From Acidobacteriota bacterium (lineage in GTDB: Bacteria > Acidobacteriota > Vicinamibacteria > Vicinamibacterales > UBA8438), in contig WTFV01000225.1 of assembly GCA_011523845.1 (NCBI GenBank), positions 8,747 to 72,746 on the forward strand: a stretch of 64,000 bases of DNA, written 5' to 3'. The stretch's first letter is position 1; each line of letters opens with the position of its first letter. The notes beneath the pieces were generated by a model. The model saw only the letters and a program-made list of their open reading frames with translations. It searched no databases and was not told the DNA's origin. Of this stretch, positions 29,404-38,701 are shown in pieces. The translations under genes were made by a program, and so were the position numbers.

Positions 29404-29519
29404 ACGGGCGCTCGGTTCGCGGTAACGTCCACGAGCGGCACCGCCCCTCCGGCCCTCCGGCAACCCCGTGGATGGCGTTGCCCGAATGCCGGAAGCCAGC
29501 GTCGTATCATGACGAGGCC

Positions 29520-31496
29520 ATGAGAACCCCCATCTTCGTCGCCGTTCTCGTCCTCTCGATGACGAGCCTCGCCGCGGCCGACGGCGAGGAGTCGTACCGG
29601 ACCCGTTGCGCGCTCTGTCACGGCGTGGACGCCGCCGGCAGCGACCGCGCCGGATCGATCCTCGCGACGCTGGATGCGAGCGGACCGGAGCAGTTGGCGC
29701 GCATCGTCACCGAGGGGGTGCCGTCGCGGGGCATGCCCGGGATCGAGATTCCGGACGAGGAGCTGACGCCGCTCGTCGCCTACCTGAAGGAGCTGGCCCC
29801 CGCGGCGCCGCCGGCGGCCCGCGATCCGCGGGCGCCGCAGCCGCGCGCCGCCTCCATTGCGCTCGCCGGGGGCGATGCCCTGGAGGGCACCGTCCTCAAC
29901 GAGAGCAGGTTCGACGCGCAGTTCCGGACGGCCGGGGGCGACATCCTGCTGCTCCGCCGGGAGGGCGACGCCTACCGCGAGGCGGCGATCGAGCCGTACG
30001 TCGACTGGCCGTCCTACCACGGCAGCTATAGCGGGAACCGCCACAGCCCGCTGGACCAGATCGACCGGGACAACATCGGCCGGCTGGCGATGCAGTGGTT
30101 CTATCCCATCCCCGACATGCCGATGATCGAGGGTACGCCGGTGGTGATTGCCGGCGTGATGTACGTCACCGCGGTCAACCAAGTGTACGCGCTCGACGCG
30201 GCGACGGGCCGCGAGATCTGGCGCTACGCGCAGCCGCGCACGGAGGGTCTCGTCGGCGACCCGGGCATCGGTCTCAATCGCGGGGTCGCGGTGCATGGCG
30301 ACCTCGTGTTCAGCGTCACCGACCACGCCCACGTCATCGCCCTCGACCGCTTCACCGGCGAGCTGGTCTGGGACACCGAGATGGACGACTACCGCGAGCA
30401 CTACGGCGCCGTCGTGGCGCCGCTGGTGGTCGGCGATCTGGTCGTCGCCGGCATCAGCGCGGGAGACACCGGGCTGCGCGGTTTCCTCGACGCCTACCAC
30501 GCCGAGACGGGCGAGCGCGCGTGGCGCTTCTGGACCATTCCCGCGCCCGGGGAGCCGGGATCGGAGACGTGGGGCGACCCGGAAGTGCTGCGCCGCGGCT
30601 GCGGCGCCACCTGGCTGACGGGCAGCTACGACGCCGAGTTGGACCTGCTCTACTGGGCCACCGGCAACCCGTGCCCGGACATGAACGGCGACCGGCGACC
30701 GGGCGACAACCTGTACACGAACTCGGTGGTGGCGCTCCGGCCGCGCACCGGGGAGATGGTCTGGTACTTCCAGTTCACGCCGCACGACACGCACGACTGG
30801 GACGCGCAGGAGCCGCTGCTGCTGATCGACGAGGAGTTCCGGGGCCAGCCGCGCAAGCTGCTCATCCAGGGCAACCGCAACGGCTTCTTCTACGTGCTCG
30901 ACCGGACCAACGGGCAGTTCCTCCTCGGCGAGCCGTTCGTCAACCAGACCTGGGCCGAAGGGCTCGACGATTCCGGGCGCCCCATCGTCCTGCCCGAGTC
31001 CGTCCCGACCGAGGAGGGCACCGTCACCTGCCCGGCCATCTACGGCGCGACCAACTGGTGGTCGTCGAGCTACCACCCCGGGACCGGGCTCTTCTACATG
31101 ATGGCCCTCGAATCGTGCAACACGTACACGAAGACCGACGAGGAGTGGCAGCGCGGCAGAAACTGGATGGGCGGCACGACCTGGCTCCCGGACGGTGCGC
31201 CGAATCAGAAGTTCATCCGCGCGCTCGACATCCAGACCGGCCGGACGGTGTGGAGCTATGCGCAGTCCGGGGAGGCGCGCACCTTCTCCGGCGTCCTGTC
31301 GACCGACGGCGACGTGGTGTTCTTCGGCGAGAACAGCGGGGCGTTCGCCGCGCTGGACGCGCGGAGCGGCGAGCCGATCTGGCACGTCCCGATCAACCAG
31401 GAGTGGAGGGCCTCGCCGATGACCTACATGGTCGGGGGGCGGCAGTATGTCGCCATCGCGTCAAGGCTCGGGTTCTGGGCGTTCGCCCTGCCTTGA
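29520..31496 (+). CDS. PQQ-dependent dehydrogenase (alcohol/methanol family) with N-terminal cytochrome c
   Basis: CALCH; RHSPLDQI, tryptophan-docking repeats, WATGNP, DNLYTNS, HDWDA, SPMTYMVGGRQYV. Confidence 0.92.
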   Translation: MRTPIFVAVLVLSMTSLAAADGEESYRTRCALCHGVDAAGSDRAGSILATLDASGPEQLARIVTEGVPSRGMPGIEIPDEELTPLVAYLKELAPAAPPAARDPRAPQPRAASIALAGGDALEGTVLNESRFDAQFRTAGGDILLLRREGDAYREAAIEPYVDWPSYHGSYSGNRHSPLDQIDRDNIGRLAMQWFYPIPDMPMIEGTPVVIAGVMYVTAVNQVYALDAATGREIWRYAQPRTEGLVGDPGIGLNRGVAVHGDLVFSVTDHAHVIALDRFTGELVWDTEMDDYREHYGAVVAPLVVGDLVVAGISAGDTGLRGFLDAYHAETGERAWRFWTIPAPGEPGSETWGDPEVLRRGCGATWLTGSYDAELDLLYWATGNPCPDMNGDRRPGDNLYTNSVVALRPRTGEMVWYFQFTPHDTHDWDAQEPLLLIDEEFRGQPRKLLIQGNRNGFFYVLDRTNGQFLLGEPFVNQTWAEGLDDSGRPIVLPESVPTEEGTVTCPAIYGATNWWSSSYHPGTGLFYMMALESCNTYTKTDEEWQRGRNWMGGTTWLPDGAPNQKFIRALDIQTGRTVWSYAQSGEARTFSGVLSTDGDVVFFGENSGAFAALDARSGEPIWHVPINQEWRASPMTYMVGGRQYVAIASRLGFWAFALP

Positions 31497-31645
31497 CCTC
31501 AGGCCGCGGGTGTGAGGCGTACGGGCGCCTCGCCCGGGGGCGTCTTGCGGCGGCCGGCGCCGCGAAAGCCGTCCGGTGGTAGCACCGTACCGTTATACCC
31601 GCGTGTGGAGAAACACGGCGTGGGCCTCCGTGGAAGCGTGATACG

Positions 31646-31891
31646 ATGATTGAGGTGAAGGCGACGGTTGACATTGCTGACGAGTTGCTTGCCCGAGCTC
31701 GCGCGCAGGCCGCCAGGGAACGTACTACGCTAGCCGCCGTGGTCGAGGAGGGGCTAGTCCTCCGCCTGCGTTCGACAGCACCGCGTGGCGGGGCCATGAA
31801 CCCGTTGCCGGTCTCTTCGCGCCGCGGTGGTTTGCGGCCCGGCATAGATAGCTCCTGCAATCGCTCCCTTCTGGATGCGGCGGACCGGTGA
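31646..31891 (+). CDS. VapB-like RHH antitoxin
   Basis: KATVDIADELLARAR..AA..RTTLAAVVEEGL..GGLRPGID. Confidence 0.8.
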   Translation: MIEVKATVDIADELLARARAQAARERTTLAAVVEEGLVLRLRSTAPRGGAMNPLPVSSRRGGLRPGIDSSCNRSLLDAADR

Positions 31892-32326
31892 TTCCGGACG
31901 TGAACGTACTCGTCGCAGCATTCCGACCCGACCACGAACACCATGTCGTTGCGGCAACTTGGCTCAACGATACCCGAAGCGCCTGCGCGAGAGGTGACGC
32001 CACGCTCGTTCTGCCACCCATGGTGATTGCCCGGTTTCCTGCGGGTCGTCACGAATCACCGCGTGTTCATCGATCCCGATCCTCTTCCAGACGCCATAGC
32101 GTTCGTCGACGCTCTACTGGAGACCCCGGGTGCTGAAGTCTGCGCGTCCGGCCACGAGTGGCCTGTGGTGCGAAAAAAACTGATAGACGGGAACCTGGAA
32201 GGGAACCTCGTTACCGATGCGTGGATAGCAGCAGTCGTCCTGCATCAGTCTGAGTCCCTGGTCACGTTCGACAAGGACTTCCGGCAGCTATTGCCAGCCC
32301 ACGCGCTTACCTTTCTTGGTAGATAA
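31888..32326 (+). pseudogene. VapC PIN toxin with +1 frameshift at about 32030
   Basis: IPDVNVLVAA..H in one frame continues as GFLRVVT..LVTDAWIAA..LVTFDKDF in the next; extra C in GCCCGGT. Confidence 0.8.
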
Positions 32327-32643
32327 AGCTCGCCGTTCGCGACGGCAGGCGCGTGAGCCCGTAGTCGGACCAGAGCCGCATGGCCGGGAAGCGCACTTCC
32401 TTCCCGGTCCGCACTTGATGCTTGCGACAGAGCCACTGGCGCAGCCGCCGGGTCGCGTGCCGGTCAACCGCCTCGTGGGCCGGACTGACCTGCCCCACGG
32501 CGGGTTGGCTGCCGGCGACGCCGAGGACCGAGAGTCCGGCGACAAACGCGACGGTCAGGAACCAGGAAGACGGAGAAGATCTGTGCTGCATGGGCGTCCG
32601 TGTTGCGTAACCCGGGATCACTTGTCGCACTATCGGCCCGCAC

Positions 32644-35361
32644 TCAGTCGGTCCGCAGCGCCACGACGGGGCTGACGCGGCTGGCGCGGCGGGCCGGCAG
32701 CCAGGCTGCGAGGAGGGCCGCGGCGCCGAGGACCAGCGGCACGCCGGCGAACGTCAGCGGGTCGAGCGCGTCGATCTCGAACAGCAGTCCGCCCAGCAGG
32801 CGGGTCGCGACGACGGCGAGCGCCAGCCCGAGCGCGCCGCCGAGGACCACCAGCTTCAGGCCACCGGCGACGAGTAGCCGCACGACGCGGGGGCCGTCGG
32901 CGCCGAGCGCCTTGCGGATGCCGATCTCGCGCGTCCGCCGGGCCACGCCGTAGCTGACCACGCCGTAGAGGCCGACCGCGGCGAGCGCCAGCGCCAGCAC
33001 CCCGAACGCCGACAGGACGAAGGCGGAGAGCTGCTGCGGCAGCCGCATCAGCGCCAGGTGGCGGTCCATCGTCTTCGTCTCGAGAACCCACAGGTCGGGA
33101 TCGAGCTCGCGGCCGGCGGCCAGCAGGGCGAGTGCGGTTCGCTCCGGGTCGATGGACGTCCTCGCCACGACCGTCAGCGACGACGTGAACCGCTGCGAGT
33201 AGGGGAGATAGATCATGTTGCGGGGCGACTCGCCGAGCGTTCGCACCTTCGCGTCGCTCGCGACACCCACGACGAGCCAGGGGGGAGCGTCGCCGCGCCG
33301 CCGGACGAGCCGGCCGACGGCGTCGCCGTCCGCCCAGAAGCGACGGGCCATCGCCTCGCTGACGATGACCACGGGCCGGGTGTCCGGCCGGTCGGCGTCG
33401 TCGAAGTTGCGCCCGCGGACGATCTCGATACCTGCGGCGTCGAAGAACCCCGGCTCGACCTCGGCCCGGTCGGCTGTGAACGCGCCGTGGTCCGCCGGCG
33501 GCTCGAACCCGTCGACGTTGAAGTCGCTCGAGCTCGTGCTGAGCGGGTTCAGGTGCAGGTTGCCGATGGCGCCGACCGCCTCGACGCCGGGGAGCGCCCG
33601 GAAGCGATCCAGGAGGCGCCGCGTGTAGACGCGCGCCTCGTCGGGCGTGAACCGGGTCGCCGGCGTCAGGAAGGTCATCAGGGCGGTCGGCTCCCGGCCG
33701 AAGCCCGGGTCGACCGACTGCACCCGCTGAAAGCTGCGGAGGAACAACCCGGCGCCGACCAGCAGCACCAGCGAGATCGTAAGCTGCGTGACGACCAGCG
33801 CGTTGCGCCACCGGAGCCGGCCGGGCTGGCCGCCCCCGGCGCTCTCGCTCCGAAGGGCGCCGGCGACGTCCGGCCGGGTGCTCTGCAGCGCCGGCACCAG
33901 ACCGAGCAGGGCGCCGGCCGCGACCGAGACGCCGAACGTGAACCCGAGGACGTTCCGGTCGAGACGCAGGTCGAACGTGAGCGGCGTCGGCAGCGGCAGG
34001 TCCGCGGTCAACAGCAGGTCGAGCAGCCAGAACGCCAGCCCGACGCCGGCGCCCCCGGCCACCAGGCTCAACAGCGTCGTCTCGGTCAGGAGCCGCCGCA
34101 CCAACGACCCGCGCGACGCGCCCAGCGCCAGGCACACCGCGACCTCCTTGCGCCGGTCGAGGGCGCGCGCGAGCAGGAAGCCGGCCAGGTTGGTGCACGC
34201 CAGCAACAGCACCAGCCCGACGACCACCATCAACAGCCACGCCGCCGCCCGGATGAAGACGTCCATCGGCGGGAAGAGCAGCACGTCGGTGAGCCGCACG
34301 AGCACGAACTGCCCGGCCGGATCCCAGTTCTCGATGCGGTCCCGGGTGAGCTGCGCGGCTACCGTCCCGACGGCCGCCTCGGCCTGCGGCACGGTGACGC
34401 CCGGCCGCAGACGCGCCCTGGCGAAGAGCGCGTGGTGGCCCCGATCGTCGAACACGGGAGATCCGTTCAGCTCCTCGGCCATCATGTACGGGACGTAGAA
34501 CGTCGGCGTGAGGCCGCGGACGGTGCCCGCGAACTTCGGCGGCCCTACCCCGATCACCGTGTACGCGCGGCCGCCGACGCGCATCTCGCGGCCGACGACG
34601 TCCGGGTCCCCGGCGAAGGCGCTCCGCCAGTATCGATAGTCGAGCATCACGACCGGATGCCCGCCGCGCGAGACGTCGTCGTCCGGCAGCAGGGTGCGTC
34701 CGACCGCCGCCTCGATGCCCAGCATCCGGAAGTAGCTGCCGGTGACCGCCTCCGCGGGCGCCATGCCGACGCCTCCACCCTCCCCGCGGTCTATCGTCAC
34801 CGGCACGAACTGGGAGGCCGCGATATCACTGAAGACCTCGGCGGTGCCGTCGCGGACGTCCTCGAAATCGGGATAGGACAACGTGCTGAACGCGAACGAT
34901 GCCTGGTGCAGATAGAGGTTGACGACCTCCTCCGGCCGCTCGACCGGAGAATCGCGGAGGATCACCGCGTTGACGAGGCTGAACATGGCCGTGTTGGCCC
35001 CGATGCCGAGCGCGAGCGAGAAGATGGCAACCGCCGTGAACGCCGGGCGCCTGGCCAGGGACCGAAGCCCGTCGCGGATGTCGCGACCGACCCCGAGCTG
35101 GAGTCCCGACAGCCGGGCCCAGCCGCCGCGGCCGTCACGCACCGCGTCCTTGTGCGCTTCGACGCCGCCGAACGCCGCGCGCGCCCGTCGACGCGCCTCC
35201 CGCGGGTCGACTCCCGCCTCGCGCACCAATCGCGCCGTTTCCATGTCGAGGTGAAAGCGGAACTCCTCTTCCATCCGTTGCTCGACCTCTTCACCCAACA
35301 GCAAGAGGCGGAGTCGGGCGCGGGCAGCTCCCATCCACCGCATCACCAGCCACCGCATCAC
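32644..35361 (-). CDS. acidobacterial duplicated orphan permease (ADOP; MacB/FtsX-type)
   Basis: EEEFRFHL, ALGIGANTAMFSLVNA, LLLACTNLA, GLYGVVSY, RTREIGIRKALGA. Confidence 0.95.
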   Translation of the reverse strand: MMRWLVMRWMGAARARLRLLLLGEEVEQRMEEEFRFHLDMETARLVREAGVDPREARRRARAAFGGVEAHKDAVRDGRGGWARLSGLQLGVGRDIRDGLRSLARRPAFTAVAIFSLALGIGANTAMFSLVNAVILRDSPVERPEEVVNLYLHQASFAFSTLSYPDFEDVRDGTAEVFSDIAASQFVPVTIDRGEGGGVGMAPAEAVTGSYFRMLGIEAAVGRTLLPDDDVSRGGHPVVMLDYRYWRSAFAGDPDVVGREMRVGGRAYTVIGVGPPKFAGTVRGLTPTFYVPYMMAEELNGSPVFDDRGHHALFARARLRPGVTVPQAEAAVGTVAAQLTRDRIENWDPAGQFVLVRLTDVLLFPPMDVFIRAAAWLLMVVVGLVLLLACTNLAGFLLARALDRRKEVAVCLALGASRGSLVRRLLTETTLLSLVAGGAGVGLAFWLLDLLLTADLPLPTPLTFDLRLDRNVLGFTFGVSVAAGALLGLVPALQSTRPDVAGALRSESAGGGQPGRLRWRNALVVTQLTISLVLLVGAGLFLRSFQRVQSVDPGFGREPTALMTFLTPATRFTPDEARVYTRRLLDRFRALPGVEAVGAIGNLHLNPLSTSSSDFNVDGFEPPADHGAFTADRAEVEPGFFDAAGIEIVRGRNFDDADRPDTRPVVIVSEAMARRFWADGDAVGRLVRRRGDAPPWLVVGVASDAKVRTLGESPRNMIYLPYSQRFTSSLTVVARTSIDPERTALALLAAGRELDPDLWVLETKTMDRHLALMRLPQQLSAFVLSAFGVLALALAAVGLYGVVSYGVARRTREIGIRKALGADGPRVVRLLVAGGLKLVVLGGALGLALAVVATRLLGGLLFEIDALDPLTFAGVPLVLGAAALLAAWLPARRASRVSPVVALRTD

Positions 35362-35687
35362 GTGCTCCGCAACACCGCGCCGAGGCCCTCGGCGAAGCGC
35401 TGCCAGTTGTCGATCTCCTCGCCGAGCGCCCGCCGGCCCGACGGCGTCAGCCGGTAGTAGCGCGCCCGCCGGTTGTTGTCGGTCGTTCCCCAGTCGCTAC
35501 GGATCAGCCCCTGCTTCTCGAGGCGCTGGAGGGCCGGGTACAGCGAGCCCTGGTTGACGTCCAGCACCCCCGAGGACATCTGCCGGATTCGCTGGCCGAT
35601 GCCCCAACCGTGCATCGGGCCCAGCGAGAGCGCCTTGAAGACCACCAGGTCGAGCGAGCCGCGAAGGTCGTCCGGTCTTCTAGCCAT
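35358..35687 (-). CDS. PadR-family regulator (acidobacterial type)
   Basis: LRGSLDL, PMHGWGI, GSLYPALQRLE, NNRRARYY. Confidence 0.95.
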   Translation of the reverse strand: MARRPDDLRGSLDLVVFKALSLGPMHGWGIGQRIRQMSSGVLDVNQGSLYPALQRLEKQGLIRSDWGTTDNNRRARYYRLTPSGRRALGEEIDNWQRFAEGLGAVLRST

Positions 35688-35729
35688 CTAGAGGAAGGAT
35701 GCACCATCGCTCCTCTAGATGTCAAGAGG
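35677..35729. promoter_or_regulatory. padR promoter with two related 18-bp palindromes
   Basis: CTTCTAGCCATCTAGAGG (over the ATG) and CCTCTAGATGTCAAGAGG (over the -35 TTGACA). Confidence 0.7.
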
Positions 35730-35769
35730 TCCGGCGCCGGCGTGGTGACCGGCTCGGGGATTCGTCGGC

Positions 35770-35900
35770 CAAGCCGCAGTGTCGGCTCCGCGTCGCCCGA
35801 TTCCCGGGGCTCGACGGCCTGGAGTTCCTCGACAACCGGCAGGTTCTGCGGCAACGCCTTCGCGCTGCTCGTCGCGGCCGAGCGTTTCCTGCCCGAGACT
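35770..35900 (+). pseudogene. frameshifted internal fragment of an AlbA/RecG-like HATPase protein
   Basis: PQCRLRVARFPGLDGLEFLDNRQ, then in another frame FCGNAFALLVAAERFL. Confidence 0.5.
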
Positions 35901-36069
35901 CGCCGGGCGGTATACGCTTGTCTCGCAGGCCCGTTCCGGGACGTGCCATTCCGCCCAGGGGTGGAGGAAGACGATGTGGATTCGGCTGAGCGCGCTCCCG
36001 AGGCGAACGGAGAAACGACAGATCCGGACCCGAACGCCGGACGGGACTCGAAGGATGGGAGGATGAGTC

Positions 36070-36735
36070 ATGCGCCCGATTGCAATCGCCTCGGCGGCCG
36101 TCGTCGTCCTGTTGGCATCCGGGCCTTCCTTCGCCCAGGAATGGAGCGAGTACATCGATCGGACCGATCTCTTCACCGTCAATTTCCCGACGGAACCCGA
36201 CGTGCGGGACATCACCTGGCCGACGGAGTACGGCGTCACGTTGCCGGGGCGCGTCCACAGTGTCGAAGATGGTCCGTATCGCTACTCCGTCACCGTGGTG
36301 CAATACGCGAACATCCAGGCGATACACGCGGAGCGACTCCGGGGATGCACGGCCTATCCGAATCTGTGCAACAACCCCTGGATCGGTGAGCTGCGAGGCG
36401 CGCTCGACTATGCGGCGTGGGGTATCCTTCAACGGGACGCCAGGGTGACGCACTACGCGTACTACTACAACGACCGAGTCGAGGGACGTCGGATTCAACT
36501 CACCAACGCCGATCGATCCCGCACCTTTGCTGCGATTCACATGCACCAGGATCGCCTCTACGTGCTGGAGGAGACCGCACCACCCGGTGGACCGCCGCCC
36601 GGGCTGTTCCAGCAATCGCTCGGGTTCGTAGACGAGGAGGGGATCAGGGTTCGCTACGAGGCCATCTACTCGAACGCGTACCCGCCCCCACCGCGCCTGC
36701 AATACGGCCAGCAGGGTGGCTCACCCGACAGATGA
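36070..36735 (+). CDS. secreted hypothetical protein
   Basis: GGAGG RBS; signal peptide ending SFAQ; F(T)VNFP, GRRIQL, RLYVLE, FQQSLGF. Confidence 0.8.
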   Translation: MRPIAIASAAVVVLLASGPSFAQEWSEYIDRTDLFTVNFPTEPDVRDITWPTEYGVTLPGRVHSVEDGPYRYSVTVVQYANIQAIHAERLRGCTAYPNLCNNPWIGELRGALDYAAWGILQRDARVTHYAYYYNDRVEGRRIQLTNADRSRTFAAIHMHQDRLYVLEETAPPGGPPPGLFQQSLGFVDEEGIRVRYEAIYSNAYPPPPRLQYGQQGGSPDR

Positions 36736-36949
36736 TCCGGTCATCCGACGGGGTTCGTATCCTGTTCAGCAGCTCGCGTCGGATTCAAGGACGAAGCGCC
36801 ACTTCCGGATATCCCGAACCCTGCGGTGAGCCTTTCGTCATGAAGACCGGTGGCTCGGTGCAGCGGGCGCGGACGGACAACCAGTGGGAGGAGGGCACAC
36901 CGGCGTGGTTACCCGCGCCGTCGAGGTGTCGACTCACAAAGGGGGGGCA

Positions 36950-37978
36950 ATGCGAGCTACTCTTCCGATTCTTCTCGGTTGCGGAATCAGCCTTCTTCCC
37001 GTGGTGACACCGGGGAGCAGCGGCCGGCTCGTCACCGGTACGGGTTCCGCACAGACGACGCCGGGCGCAGGTGACCCAGCCGGCGAGGTCGGCATCGTCA
37101 CGACGGGTCTGGCATCGGACCTCAGGCCCGGCGCTCCGCTGACCGAGTGCACGTCCGGACTGGTCAATGAAGCGCAGGGTGGCAACAACTTCAACGCCGC
37201 ACTCGTCGGCTTCGTGACGTCGGCCGACGGCCAGCGGTTTGCAGTGCCCGCGCCGGTTCACGACGGTCCCGCCGCGGTGGACGTGTTCAACAACTGCTCC
37301 GGACAGGGCGACAACCGCGATTACCTCTCACAGCTCGAGACCGTCATCATCGACCCGGACGGAGTGGAAATCACCGGGTTCATTTTCGGAGACAACTACT
37401 TCGAGCTCTACGTGAACGGCCAGTTCGTCGGGCGCGATCCCGTCGGGATGACGCCATTCAATTCCAACGTGGTCCGGTTCCGGGCCAGATACCCCATGAC
37501 GTATGCCGTGATGGGTGTCGACTGGGAAACACACAACGGCGTCGGAATGGAATACGACAGTTTCAACCTGGGCGACGGGGGGCTCATCGCGTACTTCAGC
37601 GACGGCCATGGCACCGGCGGCGACTGGCGTGCCGAGACCTTCTACATCGCGCCGCTCGACGATCCCGGTTGCGTGCGAACCGCGGGCGGCCGCGATTCGA
37701 CGTTCTGCTCGCAGGCCGTGCGCCCCGCATGCGCCGAGAACGACCCCAACACCTGTCAGGCCCTTCACTTCCCGGTGCCCTCCAACTGGACGGCGCCAGC
37801 GTTCGACGATGCGCACTGGCCACGTGCGATCGTGTGGCCGCCCGAGAGGGTGACGGGGCAGCGCGCGTATACCGGCTACACCCAGTTGTTCGGCGACGCC
37901 GAGTTCATCTGGACCCGGAACATCAGGCTCGACAACCTTGTCCTGGCCCGCTACACGGCGACCGGCCCACGACGGTGA
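36950..37978 (+). CDS. secreted Cys-containing hypothetical protein (beta-rich)
   Basis: Hydrophobic N-terminus; FGDNYFELYVNG, GDGGLIA, WTAPAFDDAHWP, FIWT..LDNLVL. Confidence 0.78.
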   Translation: MRATLPILLGCGISLLPVVTPGSSGRLVTGTGSAQTTPGAGDPAGEVGIVTTGLASDLRPGAPLTECTSGLVNEAQGGNNFNAALVGFVTSADGQRFAVPAPVHDGPAAVDVFNNCSGQGDNRDYLSQLETVIIDPDGVEITGFIFGDNYFELYVNGQFVGRDPVGMTPFNSNVVRFRARYPMTYAVMGVDWETHNGVGMEYDSFNLGDGGLIAYFSDGHGTGGDWRAETFYIAPLDDPGCVRTAGGRDSTFCSQAVRPACAENDPNTCQALHFPVPSNWTAPAFDDAHWPRAIVWPPERVTGQRAYTGYTQLFGDAEFIWTRNIRLDNLVLARYTATGPRR

Positions 37979-38112
37979 AGGGCCCGGTCACCGACTCGCC
38001 GCGGCGCGTTCCCGTACCGGACGGGTTGCGGCCCCGTGCCGTCGGCACGGCCATGTCCGGCGCTCCGCGGACGGCGGATCGCCGAGTACGACGTCGCTTG
38101 ACCTCGTGATGG

Positions 38113-38355
38113 ATGCGCGTGTGTCCGGACCAGGCGGCCCACGAGTCGTGCAGGCGTTCGCCTGCCTTGACGCTGTTGGCGGCGATGCGCGAGATCGCCC
38201 GCAGCGACGGACGTCACTTCCAGTCCGTGCTGGAAGACGCCATGACCGGCTGCGTCGAGGCCAGGGCTCGCCAGACGGTGCGTCCCGAGGTGATGGCGCA
38301 CTATCGGGCGAGCGTCGAGCGCAACCGGCTCCTGGCCGAGCTGCTGGCGAAATGA
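38113..38355 (+). pseudogene. degraded antitoxin partner of Doc
   Basis: LLAAMREIARSDGRHFQSVLEDAM..RPEVMAHYRASVERN..LAK; N-terminus looks disrupted. Confidence 0.55.
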
Positions 38356-38576
38356 GCCGCAGCTTCCCGACCATAGAAGAGATCCTCGCCATGCACGCCG
38401 ATCTCATCGCGCAGTTTCGGCGGATCGCCGGGGCTGCGCGACATGGGAGCGCTGGAGTCCGCGGCCACGCGCCCGCAGATGGCTACTACGACAGCCTGTT
38501 CCAAGAGGTAGCCGCGCTGATGGAGAGCCTCGCCATGAATCACCCGTTCGTGGACGGCAACAAGCGGGTGGCTTGA
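38352..38576 (+). pseudogene. truncated Doc/Fic toxin
   Basis: FPTIEEILAMH; GGSPGLRDMGALESA is out of frame; NHPFVDGNKRVA is followed by a premature stop. Confidence 0.8.
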
Positions 38577-38701
38577 TCGCGTTCGGCTCGCGTCGGCTTG
38601 AGTCGCGGCCGGAATCGGCGTAGATTGAGCACCCGTTCGAGTCTGGACCCCTCGCCGCGGCACGGGCCGGCGAGGCCGCGCTCGCAGGAGGCATTCGACC
38701 C

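Noticed and set aside
32307-32630. ORF with a signal-peptide-like start
   Set aside because: The sequence after the signal looks non-coding; possibly a remnant but unsupported.
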